IMG/VR virus record: IMGVR_UViG_3300042691_042003
Coordinates: 182,082-246,081 of that record
Reading direction: 5' to 3' (one strand)
DNA length: 64,000 bases
The position numbers and the translations under genes were made by a program. Under the pieces are notes generated by a model. The model saw nothing but the letters and a program-made list of their open reading frames with translations. It was not told the DNA's origin and did no database searches. This document shows positions 1 through 9,605 of this stretch, one piece after another. The number at the start of each line of letters is the position of its first letter. Position 1 is the stretch's first letter.

Positions 1-1473
1 AATCTCAGACCTGGTCATATTGCTAAACCTCTTCGTATGCTCGATCCTTTAGCAACGACTATTCCTTCTGTTGCCGGTAATGGATATCCTGTTCCTCCTC
101 GTTCTCTTCCACAAAGAGCTCTTGTTGCTGAACAATCCGATATTTCAGGTGATATGAATTTCTTCGCTCTCGGATTTGGTGGTCAAATCGTAATGAGATC
201 TTCCGAATGGATTATGAATGGTCCTGGAACCGACTTTACTGTATTTGAAACTACATGGGGTGATCCTTCTTGTCGTCCTTCAAATTCCGAACAAGCTCTT
301 ATTGAGATTTCCGAAGATGGTGTTAATTGGATGACTCCTGGTTCTTTAAGTACAGGTCTTGGAGGTGCTTATAACTCTTGTTATAATGGTTCATTCGATA
401 TCACACCTCTTATGAAGATTCAATTTATACGTATTACTGATCGTACTAATCCTGATTGGAGAGTTCAAGGTGATGGCAATGATGGTTATGATGTAGATGG
501 TATCGTTGTAAATTATTCTCTTCCACCTACTGCATTTTCTGCTCCACAATCACCTATATGTGATTATCAGCAAGGAGTTGCTTCTCAATATGTAGGTGCT
601 GCAGGAAATTTCCCTGGTCGTGGAATTGTTTCGACTCGTAAGAATTTCTCTAAAGCTAATATTAATGAAGATGGATTCCCCACTGCTGCAATGACTAATC
701 CTGGTCTTCGTGATTCCGGTCCTGCTAGTGGATCTTATAATTTCTTCTCTCTCGGTTTTGGTGGTTGGGCTTGTCTTCAACTTCCTTATACTGTGTTTAA
801 TGGTCCTGGTCCTGAATTCTATTCATTCGAAACGACTTGGAATAATCAGCCTTGTCCTAATTATCCAGAAAGAGCTAATGTTTCGGTTTCGGTTGATGGA
901 ACAAATTGGTCTTCAACTGTACTAATTTGTAAAGATGCTCTTGGTATTGTTGGAACCTCTTCAGCTATTGATTTATCTTCATTCGGACCTGAATTCTCTA
1001 TGGTTAATTTTATTCGTTTTCAAGAAGCATCTAATCCTGCTGATTTTGGTGGAGGTGCTGATGGTTATGATATGGATAATATTGTTATTTCTCAGCTACC
1101 ACCTCCTACTCCAAGTGCTACACCAACTGGATTTTCTTGTGAAACGATTACCTCAAATCGTATTGCTATCGTAGAAGGTCAAAACACTTATATGGATGGT
1201 GGAATTCCTGAAGAGATGTTTCCTCTCGAAATCGTAGGAGGAAATGTAGTTACTGATAAGCTTTCTTTCTTTGCAACTATCGCTGAAGAAGGAACCTATC
1301 ATTACACTGTAAGAAGCTATCAAGGAACTTTTGTTTCTGAAGGTCTTCTTCAAGGATCTCTTTTCGAAACACCTACTACAGAAGTTGATGTTAGGAATTT
1401 TAGTAATGGAGTTTACTTCTTAACTCTCTCTTCTAATACAACTAAAGAAACCGTTAAGTTCGTAAAGAACTAA
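1..1473 (+). CDS. Secreted/cell-surface protein with duplicated LGFGG domain and T9SS C-terminal sorting domain; 5'-truncated by window
   Basis: Frame is open from base 1 (NLRPGHIAKPLR-M). Two repeats of F(A/S)LGFGG...NGPG..F..FETTW...DGY; C-terminus EVDVRNFSNGVYFLTLSSNTTKETVKFVKN matches the Por/T9SS type A CTD pattern. Confidence 0.75.
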   Translation, partial: NLRPGHIAKPLRMLDPLATTIPSVAGNGYPVPPRSLPQRALVAEQSDISGDMNFFALGFGGQIVMRSSEWIMNGPGTDFTVFETTWGDPSCRPSNSEQALIEISEDGVNWMTPGSLSTGLGGAYNSCYNGSFDITPLMKIQFIRITDRTNPDWRVQGDGNDGYDVDGIVVNYSLPPTAFSAPQSPICDYQQGVASQYVGAAGNFPGRGIVSTRKNFSKANINEDGFPTAAMTNPGLRDSGPASGSYNFFSLGFGGWACLQLPYTVFNGPGPEFYSFETTWNNQPCPNYPERANVSVSVDGTNWSSTVLICKDALGIVGTSSAIDLSSFGPEFSMVNFIRFQEASNPADFGGGADGYDMDNIVISQLPPPTPSATPTGFSCETITSNRIAIVEGQNTYMDGGIPEEMFPLEIVGGNVVTDKLSFFATIAEEGTYHYTVRSYQGTFVSEGLLQGSLFETPTTEVDVRNFSNGVYFLTLSSNTTKETVKFVKN

Positions 1474-1491
1474 TCGTTTAAGTACTTACAC

Positions 1492-1516
1492 AAAGGGCTC
1501 GAAAGAGCCCTTTTTT
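1492..1516 (+). terminator. Rho-independent terminator
   Basis: AAAGGGCTC-GAAA-GAGCCCTTT followed by T tract. Confidence 0.85.
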
Positions 1517-1573
1517 GTGCTTTACTTCATATGATAAATATCTAGAAATAAATTTAAGAAAATACTTCATATA

Positions 1574-1831
1574 ATGAAAAATCTATTTACTTACGAAGAA
1601 TTTTTAAACGAAGGGTCTACTAAGGTTGATGGAATCAATATAATTGATACCAAATACGTAGTAGCTCATAATTTCAAAAAACCCAGTGGAAAGGGCGTTT
1701 GGAAATGGTCTTTTTATTCAGACGGAGGAGATTCAGTAAAGACTCCTATTATGGATTATGAAAAGGCTAAAAAATGGGCAGCTGATTGGGCTAAGTTTAA
1801 AAAAGAACCTTGGGTTTATTTATTACCTTAA
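1574..1831 (+). CDS. Hypothetical protein with capsid-targeting-like N-terminus
   Basis: MKNLFTYEEFLNE N-terminus shared with other ORFs in window. Confidence 0.6.
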   Translation: MKNLFTYEEFLNEGSTKVDGINIIDTKYVVAHNFKKPSGKGVWKWSFYSDGGDSVKTPIMDYEKAKKWAADWAKFKKEPWVYLLP

Positions 1832-1846
1832 AAAAAAATTAATTTT

Positions 1847-2815
1847 ATGAAAAGAATTTTTTATCTCATTGGAGCTCTCTTCCTTTTTTCTTCTTGTCGC
1901 AGAGAAGACATGGAAATCAAAAACCCGGAAACCTCTCCATCGGTTGAAGTAAGACAATGTGCTTCTATGGATGTTCTTCAAAAACAACTACAAGAAGATC
2001 CTCAACTTCAATCTCGTATGGATGAAATCGAAACCAATCTTGAAAAGAATCAAAATCTTATGAAGATGGGTCGATTAGTAAATGGTGTTTATGAAATTCC
2101 TGTTTGGGTTAATGTTCTTTATAGAACATCTGCTGAAAATATTTCTCAAACTCAAATTCAATCTCAGATTGATGTACTTAACGAAGATTTCGGAGGAACA
2201 AATACAGATAATGTTTTAGTCCCTTCTACTTTTTCAACATTGAAAGCCGGAAATTGTAATATCCGTTTTGTTCTACAAGGTGTTACTCGTAAATCAACTA
2301 CGAAAACTTCTTGGAGGACTGATAATTCTATGAAGATTTCTTCTAAGGGAGGAATTAATCCTACTTCGCCTACGATATATTTAAATCTATGGGTCTGCAC
2401 TCTCGCTAATGGTATTCTAGGTTATGCTCAATTTCCAGGAGGATCTTCATCAACTGATGGTGTTGTTATTCTAAATACTGCCTTTGGTAGAACAGGAACT
2501 GCTACAGCTCCTTTCAATAAAGGTCGAACTGCTACTCATGAAGTTGGTCATTGGTTAAACCTTCGTCATATTTGGGGTGATGCTACTTGTGGTTCTGATT
2601 TAGTTAACGATACACCAACTCATAATACTGCTAATTACGGTTGTCCAGCAGCTGGTCATCGTTCAACTTGTACTGGAACTCCAATTGAAATGTGGATGAA
2701 TTACATGGATTACACTGACGATGCTTGTATGTATATGTTTTCTACTGGTCAAAAATCTAGAATGTTAGCTACTTTTGCTTCAGGAGGTGGAAGAACATCG
2801 TTTGCTCAACCTTAA
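1847..2815 (+). CDS. M43 (pappalysin/ulilysin-type) zinc metalloprotease, lipoprotein
   Basis: Lipobox LFSSC; prodomain Cys-switch RQCASM; HEVGHWLNLRHIWGD (HExxHxxxxxH); NYMDYTDD Met-turn. Confidence 0.9.
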   Translation: MKRIFYLIGALFLFSSCRREDMEIKNPETSPSVEVRQCASMDVLQKQLQEDPQLQSRMDEIETNLEKNQNLMKMGRLVNGVYEIPVWVNVLYRTSAENISQTQIQSQIDVLNEDFGGTNTDNVLVPSTFSTLKAGNCNIRFVLQGVTRKSTTKTSWRTDNSMKISSKGGINPTSPTIYLNLWVCTLANGILGYAQFPGGSSSTDGVVILNTAFGRTGTATAPFNKGRTATHEVGHWLNLRHIWGDATCGSDLVNDTPTHNTANYGCPAAGHRSTCTGTPIEMWMNYMDYTDDACMYMFSTGQKSRMLATFASGGGRTSFAQP

Positions 2816-2823
2816 TTATATTC

Positions 2824-3021
2824 ATGAAATTTTACACATATCGAGAATTTTTAAGAGAAACAGCATATAAAGAAGGAAGTAGAAAACCTACGGCTGAAGA
2901 AAGAAAAATGTGTAAATCACCTGAAGGATTTAATCAGATAAATCATTGTAAAGCTTTAGGACTTATTCCTAGAGCAGATGGAACTAAAAAAGTAAGTGCT
3001 AAATACGGAGGAGATGAGTAA
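2824..3021 (+). CDS. Small hypothetical protein with capsid-targeting-like N-terminus
   Basis: MKFYTYREFLRE. Confidence 0.55.
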   Translation: MKFYTYREFLRETAYKEGSRKPTAEERKMCKSPEGFNQINHCKALGLIPRADGTKKVSAKYGGDE

Positions 3022-3742
3022 TGAAAAAGATATACAAAGACTAGAAGATTCTTTAAGAGGAAAAAAGGTCTTACTAATAACGACCTCAAATCGTTGGTCA
3101 GGACATGATGAAAAACCTAAATCGTCTAGACTTGCTGAAGATCTGGCTAGTAGAATAGGTGCTACAATAATCGATGCTTCAAAATTGAAGATTTATCCTT
3201 GCGAAGGAAATGTTTCTACCGTTAACGGAAATAATTGCGGAACCGTAGATTCGGTTTTAAAAGATAAGACGAAGAATCCTACAGGTCATCATCGTTGCTG
3301 GGTTAATATTAATAATCCTGACGACGAACTTTGGAAAATAAGCAAAGAGATATTTGAAGCTGATTCGGTTATATTTTTCGCTTCAGTGAGATGGGGTCAA
3401 ACCAATTCTATATATCAGAAACTAATTGAACGCTTGAATTGGCTAGAGAATCGCTGGGCAACTTTGAATGAGAGTAATATATTATCTAATAAGGAGGCAG
3501 GCATTGTCCTAGTTGGCCACAATTGGAACGGAGTAGCTGTTTTAGAAACACAAAAGCAGGTTCTACAATTTTATGGATTTAAAGTTCCTACCGAGCTATC
3601 GTTTAATTGGCAATGGACTACCGATCCTTTTGATGAATCCGAAGAAGGATATATTCAAGATCCTAAAGATTTTAAAGAAGATTTCGATCTTGGATCTAAT
3701 GCATTGAAAGAATCATTCAAAAACTTCTTTAAAAGACAATGA
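3014..3742 (+). CDS. Flavodoxin-like / NAD(P)H-dependent FMN reductase family protein
   Basis: TTSNR...SSRLA, IYPCEGNVS...C, ADSVIFFASVRWGQTNSIYQKLIER; start reassigned to ATG 3014. Confidence 0.7.
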   Translation: MSNEKDIQRLEDSLRGKKVLLITTSNRWSGHDEKPKSSRLAEDLASRIGATIIDASKLKIYPCEGNVSTVNGNNCGTVDSVLKDKTKNPTGHHRCWVNINNPDDELWKISKEIFEADSVIFFASVRWGQTNSIYQKLIERLNWLENRWATLNESNILSNKEAGIVLVGHNWNGVAVLETQKQVLQFYGFKVPTELSFNWQWTTDPFDESEEGYIQDPKDFKEDFDLGSNALKESFKNFFKRQ

Positions 3743-4536
3743 AAAACTTAAAAACTTACGATAGCTGGTTAAACGAATCAACAGTTAATCCTATTGTTGA
3801 GGATCTACTTACTCGAGCAGAACCTACTATTCAACAGATGGTTAATAAATCTAGAGAGGCTTATGTAAAACAATACGAGCGTGAATGGACTAAATACGAT
3901 GAAACGATTACTAGATTAATCATAATCTCTAATATGGTTCGATCTTTTGAAATTTACACGAAACATAATGATAGACTCGTTAACTTTACAGTAAAAGGAT
4001 CTCCAAAAGGATCTATGGTTATCTCTTCACAAATTGATAGAGATGATGTACCTCATTATTTAGATACTGAGGTAATTTATGCAGGAGGTTATAATATACA
4101 GGCTCTTCATTATCGTTATATTACGAAAACTAATCTAACTAAAACTGGAGCTGATACTAAAACCAAAGAGATAGGAGAAAAAATCAAGAAGCTTTCTAAA
4201 CTAGAAAAGATCAATAAAGAAATCGAAGGTTATCAAGTCAGAATAAAGGATAATGAAGAGAATATTGCTAAAAATTCGGTTTTATCTGACGAAGAAATAA
4301 AGGATATTCTTCGAAAGGGAGAGTATGGTAGTACTATTGATACTACATGGGAGGATGTTGTTCGGAACAAAGGACATTACGATAGCAGAGAAGAATTTGA
4401 AACTTCTCAAAAGCAATACATCGCTGATAAGATAGTATTTTGGAAAAGGGTAAATATTGAATGGAAAATTGAGAATAATACAGCTCTCAAAAAGAATATT
4501 GACAAATTAAATAAGAAGTTAGAGACACTAATATGA
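3739..4536 (+). CDS. Hypothetical, probable internal head protein
   Basis: MKNLKTYDSWLNES N-terminus; coiled-coil C-terminus. Confidence 0.55.
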   Translation: MKNLKTYDSWLNESTVNPIVEDLLTRAEPTIQQMVNKSREAYVKQYEREWTKYDETITRLIIISNMVRSFEIYTKHNDRLVNFTVKGSPKGSMVISSQIDRDDVPHYLDTEVIYAGGYNIQALHYRYITKTNLTKTGADTKTKEIGEKIKKLSKLEKINKEIEGYQVRIKDNEENIAKNSVLSDEEIKDILRKGEYGSTIDTTWEDVVRNKGHYDSREEFETSQKQYIADKIVFWKRVNIEWKIENNTALKKNIDKLNKKLETLI

Positions 4537-5129
4537 AAAATTTAAAAACCTACGATAGCTGGTTGAATGAATCTTCAGGAGATTTACTTAAACCGAGAAG
4601 AGGAAAACCTTTACATTTCGATCATCGTAGATATCCAGAGCTAGCAGGTGAGCTATTCAATCTTATTACTATTGCATATTCGGAAATAGGAGGTCATGCT
4701 AAAATAAAATCTCCAGAAGATATATTCTCTGATCCTGATTGGAATTTCTGGGAAGGTACTGATATTCACGGATCTCAAGATTTTGATATTGTCATATTTG
4801 GACAGAAGACTAAATTTGGTGTTAAATTTTCCGGGGTAGGACATGATGGAGCAAAAGATTCTAAGAAAGAGTATCTAGACGATCTAGGATCAGATCTTAA
4901 GAATTTAGGTTATTACATCGAATCTTCTGGAAAATTTGCTGAGATTCTTATGAATAAGTACGGATGTCCTGTTATAGAAGACGAAGAAACTGTTGTTAAA
5001 GTTCTTGGTAAACAAGTTCAATGGATAGGTAAATCTTCAAATCCAGAACATACAGGTAATGGATGGTACATACGTAATATTGGAGGACATCCTCATGAAA
5101 AGATTTTAATAGGTCGACCAAAAAGTTAA
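4533..5129 (+). CDS. Hypothetical, probable internal head protein
   Basis: First 14 aa identical to previous ORF (MKNLKTYDSWLNES), remainder unrelated. Confidence 0.55.
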   Translation: MKNLKTYDSWLNESSGDLLKPRRGKPLHFDHRRYPELAGELFNLITIAYSEIGGHAKIKSPEDIFSDPDWNFWEGTDIHGSQDFDIVIFGQKTKFGVKFSGVGHDGAKDSKKEYLDDLGSDLKNLGYYIESSGKFAEILMNKYGCPVIEDEETVVKVLGKQVQWIGKSSNPEHTGNGWYIRNIGGHPHEKILIGRPKS

Positions 5130-5130
5130 A

Positions 5131-5185
5131 ATAAATTTTTTTCTTTACGATATTTGTTTTATATTAGCAATACAAAAATAAACAT
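5131..5185 (+). promoter_or_regulatory. Early-type promoter (short module)
   Basis: T-tract...TTTTATATTAGC core shared with repeated module. Confidence 0.55.
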
Positions 5186-6262
5186 ATGAAAGTAGCATTT
5201 TTTCACGGACTCGAATCTTCCCCAAAATCTGATAAGAATGATTCTCTTCGAAGCAGATTCGATTTTGTTTACGATCCTCCTATGTCTTATTCGGATCCCG
5301 GTCTATTTGAAAAAGTTCTTTCAGAGGTAAAGAAAAATAAAATCGATCTTCTTATAGGGTCATCTATGGGTGGTTGGTTCGCTTATTGCATTTCAACTCT
5401 GACAGGAATTCCCACACTCCTTTTTAATCCTGCAGTTCATAGTCGTCCTACGGAACCTAAAGTTAGGATAGGAAATAGAAAAGCAAAGCACACTCTAGTC
5501 TTAGGAATCAGTGATAAAGTTATTATTCCTATGCTTACTCAAAATTGGGTTGCAAAAGAAGGAATCGGTTCTTTTAAAATTTATTTTGAATCTAACGAAC
5601 ATAGGACCCCTATCGATATTTTTGATAAATGGTTAGATATTGAATCTAATAAGCTTAATGAAGAATGGTCAACCGAATCTCCTGGTAATTTACCTGATTG
5701 GTCATTTTTACCAGTTGAAGCTGTACAAACTCTCGTTCCTAATTTTCTAACTAAACGCCCTCCAGTTGGTAATCTCGTAATTGAAGATGATTCGGAAGTT
5801 GAAGATGTTAGAAGAGCACAAAGAAACCTTTCTGATGATGATATTCGTTTTATTAAAGATGCACATGATTCTCCTCCTCAGATTTTCTATCAATGGTTAG
5901 TTCTTAGAGGTGAAAGGCCAAAAATGTCCGATATTAAATCTTATTGGGAATCGAAGAAAAATCTTGATATGATTGGATTTCTAAAGAAAGCAACGAAGAG
6001 ACCGAGACCTTATCAGAAATACGATGATGTAAAAATTCCTACGGATATTGAAACTGAAGATTACTCATTTCCTTCAGGACATTCATATGGTGCTTATTTT
6101 ATAGCATCAAAACTTTCTCAAAAATATCCTCATCTCGTCGATGGACTTTTTTTACTTGCTGATCGAATTGCTAGAAGTCGTATACAAGCAGGAGTTCATT
6201 ATCCTTCTGATGTAGAAGCAGGTAAAATGCTTGCCCTAAAAATGTCACAAAAAGATTTCTAA
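5186..6262 (+). CDS. YqiA/YcfP-like alpha/beta esterase fused to PAP2 (vanadium haloperoxidase-like) phosphatase
   Basis: FFHGLESS, GSSMGG nucleophile elbow, NPAV; C-terminal KRPRP...FPSGHS...SRIQAGVHYPSDV. Confidence 0.85.
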   Translation: MKVAFFHGLESSPKSDKNDSLRSRFDFVYDPPMSYSDPGLFEKVLSEVKKNKIDLLIGSSMGGWFAYCISTLTGIPTLLFNPAVHSRPTEPKVRIGNRKAKHTLVLGISDKVIIPMLTQNWVAKEGIGSFKIYFESNEHRTPIDIFDKWLDIESNKLNEEWSTESPGNLPDWSFLPVEAVQTLVPNFLTKRPPVGNLVIEDDSEVEDVRRAQRNLSDDDIRFIKDAHDSPPQIFYQWLVLRGERPKMSDIKSYWESKKNLDMIGFLKKATKRPRPYQKYDDVKIPTDIETEDYSFPSGHSYGAYFIASKLSQKYPHLVDGLFLLADRIARSRIQAGVHYPSDVEAGKMLALKMSQKDF

Positions 6263-6263
6263 T

Positions 6264-6533
6264 ATGCCTTATCGTCCACAACAAACACTTACTTTCAAAA
6301 TTGAAAGAGTTAAGCCGGAGAAGAAATATGCAGGAGCTTATAAAAAGATATTCGATATTCTTAATAGAGAAAGGACCTTCTCAGAAGTATATGAAACCGA
6401 TGATAGTGTAGGATTCGTAAATGGAACCTATTGGTTAACTATTTCTGAAACTCCTGATTGGAATGATCTCGAAGCTATACTAAAAATTCCTAACGTTAGC
6501 ATAGCTAAGGAGACCGAGATTCCTAAGATGTAA
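6264..6533 (+). CDS. Hypothetical protein
   Basis: ORF track; last codons ATG TAA come from the repeat module. Confidence 0.55.
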   Translation: MPYRPQQTLTFKIERVKPEKKYAGAYKKIFDILNRERTFSEVYETDDSVGFVNGTYWLTISETPDWNDLEAILKIPNVSIAKETEIPKM

Positions 6534-6619
6534 TATCCGTGTACCTTTTTCAGAAAAATAGATTTTTTTCTGAAAGAAAAATGTATTATATTAGCTTTAT
6601 CAAATTAAATAATACATTT
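6528..6619 (+). promoter_or_regulatory. ~90 bp repeated promoter module, copy 1
   Basis: ATGTAATATCCGTGTACC-Tn...TGTATTATATTAGCTTTATCAAATT; internal inverted repeat TTTCAGAAAAA/TTTTTTCTGAAA. Confidence 0.8.
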
Positions 6620-6883
6620 ATGAACAACGTTTCAAAACTTAAGCCTGGCAAATACATGAAGTCCTATGCTGTACTTCATATGCTCTATCAAATCTATCAA
6701 AAACCAGATCTTGCGGAAACCATAGAAAAGGTTTGTCCAATTCATAAAGGTGAATTCGGTGAATATTTCTCAATCGAAGATCTAAAATCTGTAGATCCAG
6801 AATTTTATAAGAATTTCTTACATAACGAAATCGTTACACATATCATCTTATCCGAAGAAGAAAAACTTAAAGCTTGGATCTAA
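6620..6883 (+). CDS. Hypothetical protein
   Basis: Start reassigned to ATG 6620 downstream of promoter module. Confidence 0.55.
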   Translation: MNNVSKLKPGKYMKSYAVLHMLYQIYQKPDLAETIEKVCPIHKGEFGEYFSIEDLKSVDPEFYKNFLHNEIVTHIILSEEEKLKAWI

Positions 6884-6884
6884 T

Positions 6885-7124
6885 ATGCAAAACGAACTTT
6901 TAAAAGAAGCCTGCAAAAAAGCAGTTAATCATCAGATTCACCTCGGAATCCAAAATGGATGGAGCAAAGAAACTGGAAATCTTTATCAAGCTCTAAGAGA
7001 GCATGCGATTCCTAATTCGGGAATTTGTAGAGATCTCGGTCGTTGTTACTATGCTCATTCATTTGATGTACGAATCGAAGATAAAGTTTACGTAGTTACT
7101 TATTCTGTAGATTCTAGCGATTAA
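6885..7124 (+). CDS. Hypothetical protein
   Basis: ORF track, abutting neighbours. Confidence 0.5.
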   Translation: MQNELLKEACKKAVNHQIHLGIQNGWSKETGNLYQALREHAIPNSGICRDLGRCYYAHSFDVRIEDKVYVVTYSVDSSD

Positions 7125-7519
7125 TGCCGAAACTTCTTAGAAATCGAACAACGGCTCTTCTTGCTCTAGAATGGTGCAAGAAAAAATGGAAGAAAAGTCG
7201 TTATCATTCAGATTATCCAAAAATTCGAATTCTAAATCGATCAGCAAGAGATCTTTATGGTTGGTACGACGAGGAAAAGAATCTCATCACCATCAATATG
7301 CATCTTAATCGTAGAGTTATTGATATCATTGATACAGTAATTCACGAATACACTCATTACACACAAGATTGTAAGAATCTCTATGATAAGCTATGGGAAG
7401 AGAATGCTCATCGTCCTTATCGAGAACATCCACTCGAAAGAGAAGCTTATCGAAGACAAGAGAAATACGGTAAAATCTGTAAATCTGAAATTGAATCTTG
7501 GTATGTAATATCCGTGTAA
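7124..7519 (+). CDS. SprT-like / zincin metallopeptidase domain protein
   Basis: YGWY...ITINM...IIDTVIHEYTHYTQ (HExxH)...PLEREA. Confidence 0.7.
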   Translation: MPKLLRNRTTALLALEWCKKKWKKSRYHSDYPKIRILNRSARDLYGWYDEEKNLITINMHLNRRVIDIIDTVIHEYTHYTQDCKNLYDKLWEENAHRPYREHPLEREAYRRQEKYGKICKSEIESWYVISV

Positions 7520-7594
7520 TAAAATTGTTAAAAAAGAATTTTTTCTTTCAAGTATTTATATTATATTAGCTATATCAAATTACAATAAAAACTT
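7503..7594 (+). promoter_or_regulatory. ~90 bp repeated promoter module, copy 2
   Basis: ATGTAATATCCGTGTAA...ATTATATTAGCTATATCAAATT. Confidence 0.8.
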
Positions 7595-7687
7595 ATGATA
7601 CTTTTAATCGCAACAGAACTTACACTTCTTTCAACGTTTGGTTCACTCTACATCATCGATCGTCTTAAAAGAAACAACGGCAAGTAA
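7595..7687 (+). CDS. 30-aa hydrophobic peptide (not in ORF track)
   Basis: MILLIATELTLLSTFGSLYIIDRLKRNNGK*, at the same distance from the module as other first genes. Confidence 0.5.
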   Translation: MILLIATELTLLSTFGSLYIIDRLKRNNGK

Positions 7688-7697
7688 AATCAATCTT

Positions 7698-7925
7698 ATG
7701 AAACAACAAGAAAAAATCTGGATTCTCTCTCTTCCTACTGAAATGAAGCTTATGATTCTTCAAGAAGCATATGTTCAAAACTTCGCTCATTTTATGCAAC
7801 TTTCTAAGTTGTTCCTTGATACACCAATCACTGATGGTGGACTCGCTACCGAAACAATCGATTCTGTCCTAACTAAGGTTCGTACAAATCCTTCTTCTTT
7901 CGTAAAATCTCAACAACCTATCTAA
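7698..7925 (+). CDS. Hypothetical protein
   Basis: Start reassigned to ATG 7698 (MKQQEKIW). Confidence 0.5.
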   Translation: MKQQEKIWILSLPTEMKLMILQEAYVQNFAHFMQLSKLFLDTPITDGGLATETIDSVLTKVRTNPSSFVKSQQPI

Positions 7926-7929
7926 TCCG

Positions 7930-8238
7930 ATGATTATCACATCTGAACAACTTCGTCAAGTAAATACGATTCAAACAATCGTCTCTCGAGTAACCGGAAT
8001 TAAAATGCTCGATATTTGTCAAAACTCTCGTAAAGCCGAAATCGTACAAGCAAGACATCTATCAATGTACTTCTGCCGATTCTATACTCGGATTACTACG
8101 AAAGAAATTGCAAAAGCTCATGGTAAGGATAATCATGCTACGGTTCTACATGCTTGCAAAATGATTGAAAATGATATTCATCGTAATCGTAAACTTCAAG
8201 AGATAATTCAAAAAATCAAGTCCGAACTAGGAGTATAA
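7930..8238 (+). CDS. Stand-alone DnaA C-terminal (domain IV) helix-turn-helix protein
   Basis: SRKAEIVQARHLSMYFCRFYTRITTKEIAKAHGKDNHATVLHACKMIE matches Bac_DnaA_C pattern. Confidence 0.85.
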   Translation: MIITSEQLRQVNTIQTIVSRVTGIKMLDICQNSRKAEIVQARHLSMYFCRFYTRITTKEIAKAHGKDNHATVLHACKMIENDIHRNRKLQEIIQKIKSELGV

Positions 8239-8245
8239 ATAACTT

Positions 8246-8680
8246 ATGAAAAAGTTATTACTCCTTCTCTCATTCTTTCTTCTCACATCTGTTCCTTCTT
8301 ACTCACAAACGGTAGGAAGGAATGTGTGTAAGATTTTTCTAGAATCTTACGATTCTAAAGAAGATGATGGTGAACTCGTATTTGAAATCGATTGTCGAAT
8401 GGTAGATTGTCTTCTAGAAATGGAGATATCTAATGATGAACGAAGAAAGAAAAAAGTCTTTCAATATTGGATATATGAAAGAAACTATTATCTTAACGAA
8501 GATTCTCTTATTATTATGAGAATGAATTTAGGGAATATGAAATCTCTAATGGACGATCATCAATCTATCCTAATGACTGTTACGATTTACAGTATGTCAT
8601 CATATCCTGTTTTTCGTAGATTAATGCCTTTTGACAGACCTCTTCTAATCCGAACCTATCAAGTAAACAAACATGAATAA
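8246..8680 (+). CDS. Exported hypothetical protein
   Basis: Signal peptide MKKLLLLLSFFLLTSVPSYS. Confidence 0.55.
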   Translation: MKKLLLLLSFFLLTSVPSYSQTVGRNVCKIFLESYDSKEDDGELVFEIDCRMVDCLLEMEISNDERRKKKVFQYWIYERNYYLNEDSLIIMRMNLGNMKSLMDDHQSILMTVTIYSMSSYPVFRRLMPFDRPLLIRTYQVNKHE

Positions 8681-9020
8681 AGACATCCTTATTGGAATCC
8701 TATACGTAACTGTAGGACAGATTGGAGTGTGGGTACAAAATAACTCTCAATTTATTTGGCCTGAAACAATCAAATATCGACTTCCTATAGCTATCATCGG
8801 AGGATCAATACTATCATACATATTTATGGTAGGGATAAGTTATATTGTAAAAGGATATGATGGCCTTATATGGCCATCTAGGATTATCCCTGGAGCTCTT
8901 GGATTAATTCTATTCTCTTTACTTACTTGGTTTTTTGCTAATGAAGGAATAAATACTAAGACCGGTGTTTGTATTTTTCTATCCATCTTAATTTTACTAA
9001 TACAATTTTATGCAAAATGA
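8673..9020 (+). CDS. Small multi-pass membrane protein (possible holin or DMT-like)
   Basis: About 4 hydrophobic segments; lies just upstream of M15 peptidase. Confidence 0.5.
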   Translation: MNKDILIGILYVTVGQIGVWVQNNSQFIWPETIKYRLPIAIIGGSILSYIFMVGISYIVKGYDGLIWPSRIIPGALGLILFSLLTWFFANEGINTKTGVCIFLSILILLIQFYAK

Positions 9021-9117
9021 AACTAACTGGTCAAAAAAGTCATATAACCATTACAAGGGTTTCAAGGTAAAAGGAATACAGTAGTCACAGTTCAGTGATA
9101 AAATAAAATTAAAGAAT

Positions 9118-9588
9118 ATGAAGATATCTGAGCATCTCTCGCTTTCTGAGGTAACTAACTCAATGACAGCAAAACGTTTAGGGATTAAAAATGAACCTAC
9201 TCCTGAACATTTAGCTAATCTAAAACTCTTAGCTGAAAAGGTTTTCGAACCTATCCGTAATCATTTTGGAAAACCGATTAAGGTTTCTTCTGGATATAGA
9301 AGCAAAGAACTTAATGCAGCTGTTCCTGGATCTTCTTCTACTTCTCAACATTGCAGTGGGGAGGCTTTAGATCTAGATCAAGATACAGCTAATACTGGAA
9401 TCACTAACAAACAGGTTTTTGATTTCATTAAAGATAATCTTGAGTTCGATCAGCTGATTTGGGAATACGGTACCGATCAAAATCCTGATTGGGTACATGT
9501 TTCTTACGAATCAAAAGGTAAACAACGTAAGCAAATCCTTCGTTGTAAGAGAGTAAACGGAAGACCTTCTTATACGAAATTCAAGTAA
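9118..9588 (+). CDS. Peptidase M15A (D-Ala-D-Ala peptidase family), candidate endolysin
   Basis: SEHLSLSE, SSGYRSKELN, SQHCSGEALD, WVHVSY. Confidence 0.85.
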   Translation: MKISEHLSLSEVTNSMTAKRLGIKNEPTPEHLANLKLLAEKVFEPIRNHFGKPIKVSSGYRSKELNAAVPGSSSTSQHCSGEALDLDQDTANTGITNKQVFDFIKDNLEFDQLIWEYGTDQNPDWVHVSYESKGKQRKQILRCKRVNGRPSYTKFK

Positions 9589-9605
9589 TTTCATGAGTCT
9601 TCTAA

